A stretch of DNA of 64,000 nucleotides, from NCBI GenBank assembly GCA_051313645.2, contig JBNRSN020000024.1, forward strand, positions 46,252,001 to 46,316,000, written 5' to 3'. The DNA comes from Centroscyllium fabricii. Its lineage: Eukaryota. Positions within the stretch are counted from its first letter, which is position 1. Every line of letters begins with the position of its first letter. Shown here piece by piece: positions 38,451 to 50,592 of this stretch. Below the pieces are notes generated by a model, which did no database searches, was not told the origin of the DNA, and saw nothing but the letters and a program-made list of their open reading frames with translations. A program made the position numbers and the translations under genes.

Positions 38451-38831
38451 ACGATGAGTTTGAGACAACTGAACATTTGTTTATGCAGTACCGTGTCACA
38501 TTGAAACATGTCAAAGCACTTTATACATTAAATTCTTTTTGTAGTGCAGTGTCTGTTGTGCAAGATTCATTTGTAGTTTCTAGTAAACCTTGTATAATCT
38601 CACTAGATTGAAAAATCACTCTTCTACATTTAATTATGTAATTTGTTCTGTTATTAGCAAGGCAGTTTTCTAGCTGCAAATTCAAAATGTTTGCTGTGAC
38701 TTTGCAATCCACTCGTCATTGTACTTTCATTGACTAACCCCATGTTCCAAATAAAGTTGGTCAAGGTCCTAAAATAGAAACCAAAAATGCTGTAAATACT
38801 CCGGGTCAGGCAGCATCTGTGGAGAAAGAAA

Positions 38832-39757
38832 CATAGGAGCAGGAGTAGGCCATTCGGCCCTGCGAGCCTGCTCTGCCATTTAACGAGATCATGGCTGATC
38901 ATCCAAATTCAGTACCCTGTCCCTGCTTTCTCCCCATATCCCTTTCGCCTCAAGAAATATATATCACTCCTTCTTGAATATATTTAATGAATTGGCCTCA
39001 ACTGCCTTCTGTGGTAGAGAATTCCACAGGTTCACCACTCTCTGGGTGAAGACATTCCTCCTCATCTCTGTCCTAAATGGCTTACCCCTTATCCTTAGAC
39101 TGTGACCCCTGGTTCTGGACTCCCCTGCCATCGGGAACATCCTTCCTGCATCTAGTCTGTCTAGCCCTGTTTCAATGAGATTCCCTCTCATTCTTCTAAA
39201 CTCCAGCGAGTACAAGCCCAATTGACCCAATCTCTCCACGTCATTCCTGCCATCCCAGGTATCAGTCTGGTGAATCTTCAATGCACTCCCTCCTTGGCAA
39301 GAACATCTTTCCTCCGATAAGGTTACCAAAACTGTGCACCATACTCGGTGTGGTCTCACCAAGGCCCTGTACAACTGCAGCAAGACATCCTTGCTCCTGA
39401 ACTCGAACCCTCTCGTTATGAAGGCCGACATACCATTTGCCGCCTTAACCGTCTGATGCACCTGCATGCTTACCTTCAGTGACTGGTGCACAAGGACACC
39501 CAGGTCTAGTTGTACTTCCCCCTTCTCCCAATCTGTTGCCATTCAGATAATCCACCTTCCTGTTTTTGCCACCAAAGTGGATTAACTCGTATTTAAACAC
39601 ATTATACTGCATCTGCCATGCATCTGCCAATCACCCAACCTGTCCATATAATACTGGAGTTTCTCCGCATCCTCCTCACAGCACACACGCCCACCCAGCT
39701 TTGTGTCATCTGCAAACTTGGAGATATTACACCGAGTTCCCTTATCTAGATCATTAA

Positions 39758-39809
<52 letters not shown>

Positions 39810-41735
39810 GAATAGCTGGGGTCCAAGCACCGATCCCTGCGGTACCCCACTAGTCACTGCCTGCCACTTGGAAGAAGACCCATTTATTCCAACTCTTTGC
39901 TTTCTGTCTGCCAACCAGTTCTCTATCCAAGTCAGTACCTTACCCCCAATCCCATGTGCTTTAACTTTACATGCTAATCTCTTATGCAGGACCTTATCGA
40001 ACGCTATTTGAAAGTCCAAATACACCACATCTACTACTTCTCCCTTATCTATTCTACCAGTTACATCCTCAAAAAATTCCAGTAGATTAGTCAAGCATGA
40101 TTTACCTTTTGTAAATCCATGTTAACTGTCACTGTTTTCCAAGTGCTCTACTATTACAACTTTTATAATGGACTCTAGCATTTTCCCCACTACCGATGTC
40201 CAGCTTACCAGTCTATAATTCCCAGTTTTTTCTCTACCACCATTTTTAAACAGTGGGGTTACATTAGCTATCCTCCAATCCATGGGAACTGTGCCAGAGT
40301 CTATAGAATTTTGGAAGATGACCAGCAATGCATCTACTATTTCTAGGGACACTTCCTTAAATACCCTAGGATGTAGATTATCAGGCCCTGGGGATTTATC
40401 GGCCTTCAATCCCGTCAATTTCCCTAACTCCATTTCCCTACAAATACTGATTTCATTCAGCTCCTTCCTCTCATTAGACCCTATATTCCTCAACATCTCT
40501 GGGAGGTTATTTGTATCCTCCTTTGTGAAGACAGAACTAAAGTATGTTTAATTGGTCAGCCATTTCTTTGTTCCCCATTATAAATTCACCTGATTCTGAC
40601 TGCAAGGGACCTACGCTTGACTTCACCAATCTATCTTCACATATCTATAGAAGCTTTTACAGTCAGTTTTTATGTTCCCTGCAAGCTTACTCTCATTCTA
40701 TTTCCCCCCTCTTAATGAATCCTTTTGTTCTCTTTTGCTGAATTCTAAACTGCTCCCAATCCTCATGTTTCTGCTTTTTCTGGCCAATTTACATGTCCTC
40801 TCTTTGGATCTTATGCTATCCCTAATTTCCCTTGTTAGCCACGGTTGAGCCACCTTTTTGTTTTATTTTTATGCCAGACCGGGATGAACAAATTCTGTAG
40901 TTCATCCATGTGATCTTTAAATGTTTGCCGTTGTCTATCCACTGTCAACCCTTTAAGTAACGTTCCCCAATCCATCCTAGCCAACTCGGGCCTCATACTA
41001 TTGTGGTTTCCTTTATTTAAATTCAGGATCCTGGTCTGAGTCAACTACTTCACTCTCCATCTTAATGAAGAATTCTACCATATTATGATCGCTCCTCCCC
41101 AAGGGGCCTTGCACAACAAGATTGCTAATCAATCCTTTCTCATTACTTAATACCCAGTCTAAGATGGCCTGATCTCTAGTTGGTTCCTCGACATATTGGT
41201 CCAGGAAACCGTCCCGTATACACTCTAGGAATTCCTCCTCCACAGTATTGTTACTAATTTGGTTAGCCCAATCTAGATGTAGATTAAAGTCACCCATGAT
41301 AACTGCTGTGCCCTTATTGCATGCGTCTCTAATTTCCTGTTTAATGCCATCCCCAACTTCGGCATTACTGTTTGGGGGTCTGTATACAGCTTCCATTAAC
41401 GTTTTCTGCCCCATGGTATTTCTCAGCTCTACCCATACAGATTCCACATCATCAGAGCTAATATCCTTCTTTGCTGGTTAAAGAGATTAACACAATAGTA
41501 ATGCTACCCCACCTCCTTTTCCTTTTTGCCTGTCTTTCCTGAATATTGAATACCCCTGGATGTTGAATTCCTAGCCTTGATCGCCGTGGAGCCATGTCTC
41601 CGTAATCCCAATTATATCATATCTGTTTATGTCTATTTGCGCAGCTAATTCATCCACCTTCTTCCGAATGCTCCTCTCATTAAGACACAAAGCCTCCAGG
41701 TTTTTTTTAAATGCTTAGTCATTTTAGAATGATTA
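38832..41735 (-). mobile_element. CR1 LINE ORF2 (APE endonuclease plus RT) with frameshifts
   Basis: VYRPPNS, MGDFN, LDWVL, SDHNMV (endonuclease); KSPGPD, YLDF, GVPQGSVLGP (RT); CR1 3' tail. Confidence 0.95.
39760..39806. repeat. (TA)n microsatellite expanded inside the CR1 RT domain
   Basis: Pure AT dinucleotide run at the FTIYIND codons. Confidence 0.95.
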
Positions 41736-41886
41736 TTTACAGTGTTAACGTTTCAGTCTGATGACCTAATATTTAGTCAAGGTCCTGTTATTTTACTAAT
41801 GTTGCTGTATGCTAGTTAACCATAAGGTTTGTAGTACACAACTGTGTTGTAAATCAATGTTGTAATTTTCTGCTTTGATTTTTCAG

Positions 41887-42084
41887 GAAGAATCTGAATG
41901 TACTTCTGAGGAAGAGACTTTCATTACCCAAGATGAAATACAGGCATTTATGACAAATAACCAATCTTTCTACATCAACCGAGAACAATACCGGCAGCAC
42001 CTAAAAGAGAAATTTACCAAGTACTGTCGCTCCAATGACTACAATGTCTGCAGTGGTTGGCTGACGGCAGCTGGTGTAAACTAG
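41887..42084 (+). CDS. GGNBP2: GGNBP2 last coding exon (EESECTSEEETFITQDEIQ...SGWLTAAGVN*)
   Basis: tttcag|GAA acceptor; TAG at 42082-42084; matches the GGNBP2 C-terminus. Confidence 0.96.
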   Translation, partial: EESECTSEEETFITQDEIQAFMTNNQSFYINREQYRQHLKEKFTKYCRSNDYNVCSGWLTAAGVN

Positions 42085-42437
42085 CAAAGAAAGCTTGAAC
42101 CAGAAGCTACCTTTTTCTACACAAACACTCTCAATGACCACTGCGCCTTCTCTCTCAATCTTTACAAATTTAGATTTTTGTTTCCTGTTGCATAATTTTA
42201 CCTTGAACAGTTGGTGGTGTGGTTTATTTTTATTTTTCTTTCTACACTCTCCCAGGCTGGTGGTGGGGAGCACATTTTTGCTCATCTGCTTTCTCGAAGC
42301 TTGTGCAGTATTCGGCCAGATGTCTGCAAAAGCTTACTTTATACTTTTGAACAATGCCCCTCCTCTCTCCCATTCACTAAATGTTTCTCTTTACTGTGAG
42401 AATTATACAAATGTCTAGTGACGAGAGATGTTCTACC

Positions 42438-42555
42438 AATAAATGTGTACAGAGAAAAATGAAACTTCTGATTTAAGGTTTTACAATAGACATCCATTTA
42501 AAATGATGTTTGGATGTAATATGTACAAGCGCAATGTGCAGAATTTACAAATAAA
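42438..42555 (+). terminator. Candidate GGNBP2 polyadenylation signals (AATAAA at 42438 and 42550)
   Basis: Two canonical hexamers about 350 and 470 nt after the stop codon in an AU-rich 3' UTR. Confidence 0.6.
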
Positions 42556-44109
42556 GAATATTTATTGATATGCATATCTGTTTTATGGTCAAATTTTCTA
42601 TTCAAATAAGTTTAGATGTAAACATGCCACAAACACTGAACTTCCCACTAATTTTGAGAACAGACCAGCTGAAGGAAAATACTTGGAATATTTCTTGAGC
42701 AATTTTATCTTTGGTTTTGTTTAAACTTCAAATCCCATTACTACTTTGAAGCTGAGGATGCTTTGCATAGGGTGATGCAAAACAAATACAGAATTTCTCA
42801 ACAGGAGATGCTCTCTTGCAGGATGAATTCTGGAAATTTGTTTGTGGTTGAGAAACTGCTTGTGCAATCCTGCATCAGCTCAGTGTTCCTTCCTGGTGCC
42901 TCATCTGCCTCACTTTGCCTCATCATTGGTACTGTTAACATGAATATATATTTCAAATAACTTCAAGCATGAATATATATTTCAAATAACTTCAAACAGT
43001 TGCGAGTAGTTGCAAGTGTATAATTGCGAAGGATTTCAACACCATAGATGCTGCTAGAGATTCAAAACAAGCGCATACTCTAAAGCACTTAATCTGTATG
43101 TCAACATAATGCTACTTTTATTGATCCTGTAGTCCAGCTAGCTAAATTAACTTGTTGAATCTCCAACTTTTTTTTCTAAATTAACGAACACTAATCCATT
43201 CCAGTAGAGTGATTTGTTCAAGGTGTTGTCTTGTGGTACAGTATTGGGTGATGGATTTCAATTGACCACTGGATTATATTCCTGCCCTGTAAAGTGCTTT
43301 ACAAACTAGCTGTAAACCAGCTTCAGATTTGTCTGAACTGTAACGCTTCCTCGCTACAAAATAAAATGACTTTTTACACGGTACAAAACTCAAAGCTTAA
43401 GTACCTTCAGATGTTTTGGTGCACATGAAACATTACTTTTACTGCACATGTAAATACTATCTAACAACTCCTCTAAGGATAAAGGAAACTATATTTTTAA
43501 ACTGGTGCACTACAACAAAGCCATAATAGTTCAAAGTAAATTATGTTGGCATACAGATGAAGTGTTTCAGAATATGTGCTTGTTTTGAATCTCTAGCAGC
43601 ATATACTGTGGTTACTAAGTTGAAATCTTTTGCAGTTATACACTTGTAATTGCTCCCAACTGTTTTAAGTTATTAATATATATAATCATGCTAACACCAA
43701 CAATGATGTAGCAAAGTTAGGCAGATGAGCCATCAGGAAGATGCCGGGCTGCAAAAGTGTTGCTCTAAAATGGCACATAAATCCAAATGAATTGCTAAAA
43801 ATATAGATCAGTACAGGTATATGGTTAGTTTGGTTATTTTTTTCTCCCTCCTCCTGCTGAAAGCTTTTGACTTACTGAGATAGTTATGTAGTTATAGTAT
43901 TGAAGCCCCAGTACCTTGACCAAGGGACAAAATTAATTTGAGGTTTGACTGTCCTGTTTTTGCTCTTGTCTATGCAGGTACTTTCAGCAGGGGTCACTGG
44001 ATAGTAATGAAGAGTGGGAACACTGGCTTAGCTGACCAGTTCCCTCAATCCCCCCCCCCCCCGGACTTGGTTGCTCCTCCACTTTGCATTAGCTGACATA
44101 AGTTTCAAC

Positions 44110-44470
44110 TTAGCTCAGTGGCAGAACTTGTCAGATAGGGTGCTGCTCAAGTCCAGAACTTGGGTTAAATTTTTATCTGAAAGATGGTACCTCCTTGAGC
44201 CCTGTCTTCCTGCTCAAGTGGATGTAAAAGAAAAATCTTGTGGCACTATTTGAAGAGCAGGGGATTTTGCTTGGTGTACATGCAACCACACCAAAATAAA
44301 TTGATGATTTCTCATTGCTGTTTCTGGGGCACCAAAATAAATTGATAATTTCTCATGGCTGTTTGTGATCGTGCTATGTGCAAATTGGCTGTGGCACTTG
44401 CCTACATCAATGTTGTCCAATAGAAATTGTTGACTGGCATGGTGACATGATGTCAAAGATGCTATATAAC
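44110..44470 (+). mobile_element. Degenerate SacSINE1-like SINE with a short internal duplication
   Basis: gtggatgtaaaaga...ggcactatttgaag; CACCAAAATAAATTGAT occurs twice. Confidence 0.55.
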
Positions 44471-46181
44471 AATGTTCTTCACTAATTAATTTAGCACTGA
44501 CAGGACTGAATCTGGATCCTGTAACATTGGGATCCATAGCCTGAAGAGAATTCATCAAGGGATCCAGATTAATCCTTCAGCATAACATGGCTTCAAGGAG
44601 CCATCTGGGGTTTGCACAGCAGTTTATGCCTAGGCGTTAGTAATGCCTAAATGTTGCATGCTGAATTGTCTTGCATCAACTGATTTGGATTGTATTGGCA
44701 TTTATACTACCAACCTGCCATCAGCATCTGCACAAGATACTACATGAATTAACCCTTTCTTGCCAGTGATCAGAACAGTCAAGTGAACAATTGTTTAACC
44801 TTAGTTAGCAGCACTAAAACTTTCAGTATACAAATTAGTAAATGGGTTAATTGACCAGTTCAAAGTTCATTATTTTGCAATAATTCAACATTAACTGCTT
44901 GCTGGTAAATTTACAGTTGCGATGAATGTCTGAGCTTGATGTAAATTGGTGCAATTGATTTTAGGATTAGACTCCTTGGATAGCTGCAAAAGTAACAGTA
45001 TTTGACGGCCAGACTTTTGAATATATTAAAGTCTATATGCTGGTAGATAAGGTTGCCAGAATTTATACTACCTCGTCCTTGTGAGTTGGCAAGGATGAAC
45101 TGATTTCTTTGCCTTCCTCTGGGCAGATGCTGTTAACTTTTACGTGCCTCACAATTCTGGAAAATCTTAAACATAAATCAGTTCTGTATCTAGAAGGCTT
45201 TGTATGAAGTGTTTCATTAAAAAAAACTAGCTGCTGGAAATGCAGAGCTGGTCAATCAGCATCTGTAAAGAAAATGCCTGGTGTTTACTTGGGTTCTGAT
45301 GAAGGATACATACTTGAAGTATTGTAACCTTGCTCTTTACAGAAGACTGACTTGCTGTGTATTTAGCATTTTCTATTATTTCAGATTTCGAGTATTTGTT
45401 TTTTATAATTCAGTTTAATCTGGTTATGAACTTTATGAAATCATCTTGCAATCCAAGAAAGATTTCTAATTAAAAAAACTTGTGTATCTTTCTATGTGTT
45501 TAGTGTTTTGTGTACACAGTGCATCAATATTCACCTCACCATTTCCCTCCAGTTGGGACAGCTGATGCTGATGTTCTGATGTGGATCAACCAGCAGGAAG
45601 CGTACGAATTGCTAGTTCTGATTAAAGGTGTTCTTGGAGGTTTGATCGAGTGACATTCTGACCACATGACATCTGCCCAAGTGACATCTGCAGATGTTAT
45701 TGCATCTATTGCCCTATCTCCTTGGACTCGGGTTCTGTATGAAGATGACCACTCTGAGCGGGGAGCCTCAGTCAGAGCTGATCTGTATTTGGACTTCACA
45801 CACCAAAACCGGTTGATACAGACCCATTTAAACCAAACCAAGCGATTGCACAAAGGGCCCAGTGTTTGGGGCACATCATCCTAAACTCACTTCAGCAGCA
45901 ACATCTCTAAGCCATTCTCTGGGTTCGGACTCATTAAAGGAGAGTTTTCCTAGAATGATAGCATGGGGGAGGCCATTCGATCCCCGACCCCCATGTGCTG
46001 GTGCTCTTTTGCGTAACCCAACCGCTCCTCCCCATCCTTTTATTATCCCTGCTGAAGTCCCGAGCCCCGTCTCCCTCTCTTCTGCCGCCAAAGCCACAGT
46101 CCCCCTGAACTTCAGTTGCCCTCTCTCCCATCCCTGGCCCTCTTTCCCTGACCCCCATCCTCATTACATCTCCCGCTTGAT

Positions 46182-46555
46182 TCATAGAAACTAGGAGCAG
46201 GAGTAGGCCATTCGGCCCTTCGAGCCTGCTCCGCCATTCAATGAGATCATGGCTGATCATCCAAACCCAGCACCCCGCCCTCTCCCCAAATCCCTATCGA
46301 GCCTGCATCGACACATATCCAATCCTATCCCCATATATTCAATCCCTCTAACACTAAGGGTCAATTTATCCTGGCCAATCAACCTAACCCGCACATCTTT
46401 GGACTGTGGGAGGAAACCGGAGCACCCGGAGGAAACCCACGCAGACACGGGGAGAATGTGCAAACTCCACACAGATGGTACCCGAGGCCGGATTTGAACC
46501 CGGGTCTCCAGTGCTGTGAGACACCAATGCTAACCACTGTGCCACCGTGCCGCCC
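46182..46555 (-). mobile_element. HE1-type SINE, near full length
   Basis: Minus-strand tRNA head ggcacggtggcacagtggttagc...gggttcaaatcc and CR1-like tail. Confidence 0.88.
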
Positions 46556-46559
46556 TTAT

Positions 46560-46720
46560 TCCCCAGTCTGTCTCTCCACCTGACCCTGTCTTTCCACCTG
46601 ACCCTCAGTCCCCAGTCTGTCTCTCCACCTGACTCAGTCCCCAGTCTGTCTTTCCACCTGACCCTCAGTCCCCAGTCTGTCTCTCCACCTGACTCAGTCC
46701 CCAGTCTGTGTCTCTCACTG
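46560..46720. repeat. ~30-bp minisatellite (CCCCAGTCTGTCTCTCCACCTGAC[CC]TCAGT)
   Basis: About 5 tandem units seen directly. Confidence 0.85.
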
Positions 46721-47279
46721 ACCACCATTCCCCAGATCCACCCCTCTTCCCCCATTCCCCAGTCTCCCCACCATACTCCCAATGTCCCCTCCTGAACCAG
46801 CTCCCGACTTGTTCTTGACCAGCCGGTCATGGCTCTGCAGCGGCAGACTATGACGCCACTGGCTTGGGGGTAGGCATTGCTGCGGCGGGAAATAAAAAAT
46901 CTAAGTAATCTGAACTGCTCACAGCAGCACCCAGGAGATCGATGCCCTATTCCGGGAGACTCCCAAGCAATCAGACAGCTACCCAAAGAAAAATAATCAA
47001 TTGTTAAGTCTAATAGAATGCAAAATTCTTCAGACACTATACTTTCAGCATGGTGCATGCCTGGCTCCGGATAGACAGAAATCCAATGACCATGTAGATC
47101 TCCTATGGCCCAAGGTATCCAGTTTGAAAACCTATGAATTAACCCCAAATACTATCAAAAAATGTTGATTGTAAATGTATTTATTTTGGAATTTGCTAAT
47201 AAATTATTGCCATGCTATATTTGGCAGATAAAATTAACTTCACATCATGTATGCTCTACCTTTGTGTAAAAACAGATGA

Positions 47280-47680
47280 TAGGAGCAGGAGTCGGCTATT
47301 TGGCCCCTCAAGCCTGTTCTGCCATTTAATGAGATCATGGCTGATCATCCAAATTCAGTACCCTGTCCCTGCTTTCTCCCCATATCCCTTGATCCCTTTA
47401 GCCTCAAGAAATATATCCAACTCCTTGAATATATTTAATGAATTGGCCTCAACTGCCCTGTGTGGCAGAGAATTCCACAGGTTCACCACACTCTGGGTGA
47501 AGAAATTCCTCATCTTTGTCCAAAATGGCTTACCCCTTATCCTTAGACTGTGACCCCTGGTTCTGGACTCCCCTGCCATCGGGAACATCCTGCATCTAGT
47601 CTGTCTAGTCCTGTTAGAATTTTAAAAGTTTCAATGAGATCCCCTCTCATTCTTCTAAACTCTAGCGAATATAAGTTTGC
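47280..47680 (-). mobile_element. CR1 3' fragment
   Basis: Nearly identical to 38832-39210. Confidence 0.9.
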
Positions 47681-48264
47681 TTTATATTCACTAGAGTAAT
47701 AGCTTTAGCATTGCTGGTTTCATCACTGCTGGAAGAATGTGCTGTAATGGGATTGGATGATCAAATGGAAAAAGCTCTAAATTGCATTTGCAGAAAATCG
47801 TATTCATTTTCATTCCATTTTGTTTTACACTGTCCAAAGTGTGTGTGTTTTACTCTGCAATAAAAGTGGTGTCAGTTCTGCACATTCTGGGTTCCAAACT
47901 CAATTAACATATCTAATGTAATTGAATAAAAAACAGAAAATGCTGGAAATACTCACCAGCATATATGGAGAGAGAAACAGTTAACGTTTCAGGTCGATAA
48001 CCTTTCGTCAATGTAATTTTTGTGTAACTGGATTAAACGCTTTTATGCAATCGGATGCCCGGAATGATTTAAACAAAAATACTAGTTTGTTAAAGCATTT
48101 TTTTAAAGAAGCTCTCTTGCAAAATATGTTATCAGGCTATTTGATTTGTTTTCTGTTCGGAGACTTTGTCTTGAAAGTTTATTGCTTTTGAAAGAATTTT
48201 TTTAAAAGATTGCATCACCACTTAAGACATCACAAGTACACACAAGAGCCCATCCACACTGGAA

Positions 48265-48423
48265 TCGGCTGGGGATAGGGTGGGCTATGTGTCGGTGCAG
48301 GCTCGAGAGGGATATGAGGACAAGGCAGGGACAGGGTGCTGGGTTTGGATGGTCAGCCATGATCTCATTGAATGGTGGAGCAGGCTCGAAGGGCCGAATG
48401 GCCTACTCCTATCTTCTATGTTT
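48265..48423 (+). mobile_element. SINE/CR1 3' tail fragment
   Basis: cagccatgatctcattgaatggtggagcaggctcgaagggccgaatggcctactcct. Confidence 0.75.
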
Positions 48424-49524
48424 CCTGTACTTAACTTTAAGTATAGAAGGTACAGCACCCAAATTTGCTGACCGGTAATACAGGTGTATTGATTCAATTG
48501 ACTTGAACCAGGGTGACAATGGGAGTAGAACAATTTGTGTTTGTGTTCTTGGTCTGGAGGGGAGAAAATCAACTAGGATTTCAGCTTATGCGGCAATCCC
48601 TGATGGAAAGTGGTTGTTGGATAAGGAAAGGATTGACTTCAAAGTAACCTGCTGAACATTGGCCACTTGGATGAGGTATTGGAGAATTGTTGCTGGCACA
48701 AGTGCAACCACTGTCATGTTTACTGCCTTCAAGGGATGAGTGGAGAGGAAAATTGGTTAAGATAACAGAATCATGGACTCTCATAACACAGAAACAGACT
48801 TGGGTTAGCACCAGTGTTTTCCATATGGGCCACCTAGTCTAGTCTTTTCCTGCTTGCACCTCATGCTTTAATATTCCTCTTTTTCTAGCAAATATCTAGA
48901 TCCTTTTTAAAGCAATGATTGCAGGAGAGATTCTAGCCACCCTGCGTGCGAAGAATTTTAAAAAATCTTTCAATATAACTTTTGAGTAACATTTCACAAG
49001 AAAAAACACAGACTGATGCTTCTTACAGAATATTTAAAGTCATGCCCCTCAGGCTTCAAAGAAGTTACATGTGTAATGTGAATATTATTACATTGCAGAG
49101 CACTACTCTCATTTTTATGAAAAAATATTACAAAAATTCTTCAGATATACATGATGCTCATTAATATTAAAATTATCATTTAATGATATCTACATTTAAT
49201 CTATTGAGCTGAATTTTTGACAGTTCTGTGGAGTTAGCAGCCATCACACAATTACTGAGAGCACTGTGATCACCCTGTGAATAGAAGGGCTGTGATCATC
49301 GATCAGAGCATCTGTGTGTTGGAGACAAGATTTGAGAGGCTTGCTGTGTTTGAGGCTGTAGAAGAGATTTAAACAATGTATTTCCTCGTGAAGACAAAAT
49401 AGATGTTGGAAATCTGAAACAAAAACTGAAAAGCTGGAAAGATGCAGCAAGTCAATCACCAGCTATGGAAAGAACAGTCTACATTCCGGATGAGGACATC
49501 AGAAAGGCCACCTGGATCATAGAC

Positions 49525-49876
49525 TATCCGGGGGCTTGATCAGGTGGATGCGGTGAGGATGTTTCCACTGATGGGTGAGACTAGAACTAGGGGGCATAAT
49601 CTGAGAATAAGGGGCTGCCCTTTCAAAACTGAGATGAGGAGGAACTTCTTCACTCAGAGGGTGGTGAATCTATGGAATTTGCTGCCCCAGAGAGCTGTGG
49701 AAGCTGCAACATTAAATAAATTTAAATCGAAGATAGACAATTTCCTAGCTGCTAAGGGGTTACGGGGAACGGGCAGGGAAGTGGACGTGAGTCTAAGTTC
49801 GGATCAGCCATGATCCTATTAAATGGCGGAGCAGGCCCGAGGGGCCGTATGGCCGACTCCTGCTCCTACTTATGTT
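49525..49876 (+). mobile_element. CR1 3' fragment nested in a Penelope-like repeat pair
   Basis: TRTRGHNLRIRG..FKTEMRRNFFTQRVVNLWN. Confidence 0.9.
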
Positions 49877-50592
49877 GTCTGCACATATGTTGATTGTCTT
49901 ACTATGTCTTTCCAGCAGCCTCTATTTTTATAATTTTTTTACTGTTTGATTTCGTTTTCATCTTCAGGCTAACTATAGGTTCTTTTTGTGTAGTTTAAAA
50001 TCATCTTAAATTTAACAACCTCCAATTCAATAATCTGTTTTCTGAAAAATTGATAATGGACCAATGCGTTCTATGTGCCACTGTGGGTGATGGCGGGGGA
50101 AGAAGCTAACTTGACATCTACATTGAATACCTAACATACTAATGCTAGTTTTTAATCGTTCAGTTCCAAAGTACACATTGCTGAAAAAAGATTAAAGTGA
50201 AATTGGGAAATAGGGATTAGCACTACTGTAGATGTGCAGAATAAACACAAGTCTGGATTGGATTGGCCCAACAGCCTGTTTTACGTGTTGTAATTCATAT
50301 AACTTTACCGTGGCACGCTACCCACTTTAGATATTTGTTGCAGGCACTTGAAGCTGTAAGTTTGCAATGGGATCAGTGTTTTAAAGTTACTTAAGAAAAT
50401 GCATCTCTTTAGTAAAAAAAATACATAAAATACTATACACTTTTCATGAACCCTATAAAATGGAGATGTAGAAATCGACGCATGACACGTTCAGCTGGCA
50501 GCTCTCCCTCGGGACCATAGTCCCCTGTCACAATTCATTCTTGATGTGGACTGGGGTGGACAGATGTAAGAAGTCACACAACACCAGGTTAT

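Noticed and set aside
42939-42995. 29-bp tandem duplication
   Set aside because: Ordinary local slippage with no further structure.
46384-47148. 254-aa minus-strand ORF
   Set aside because: It runs across an HE1 SINE and a minisatellite, so it is a chance open frame; the plus strand is the more coding-like one.
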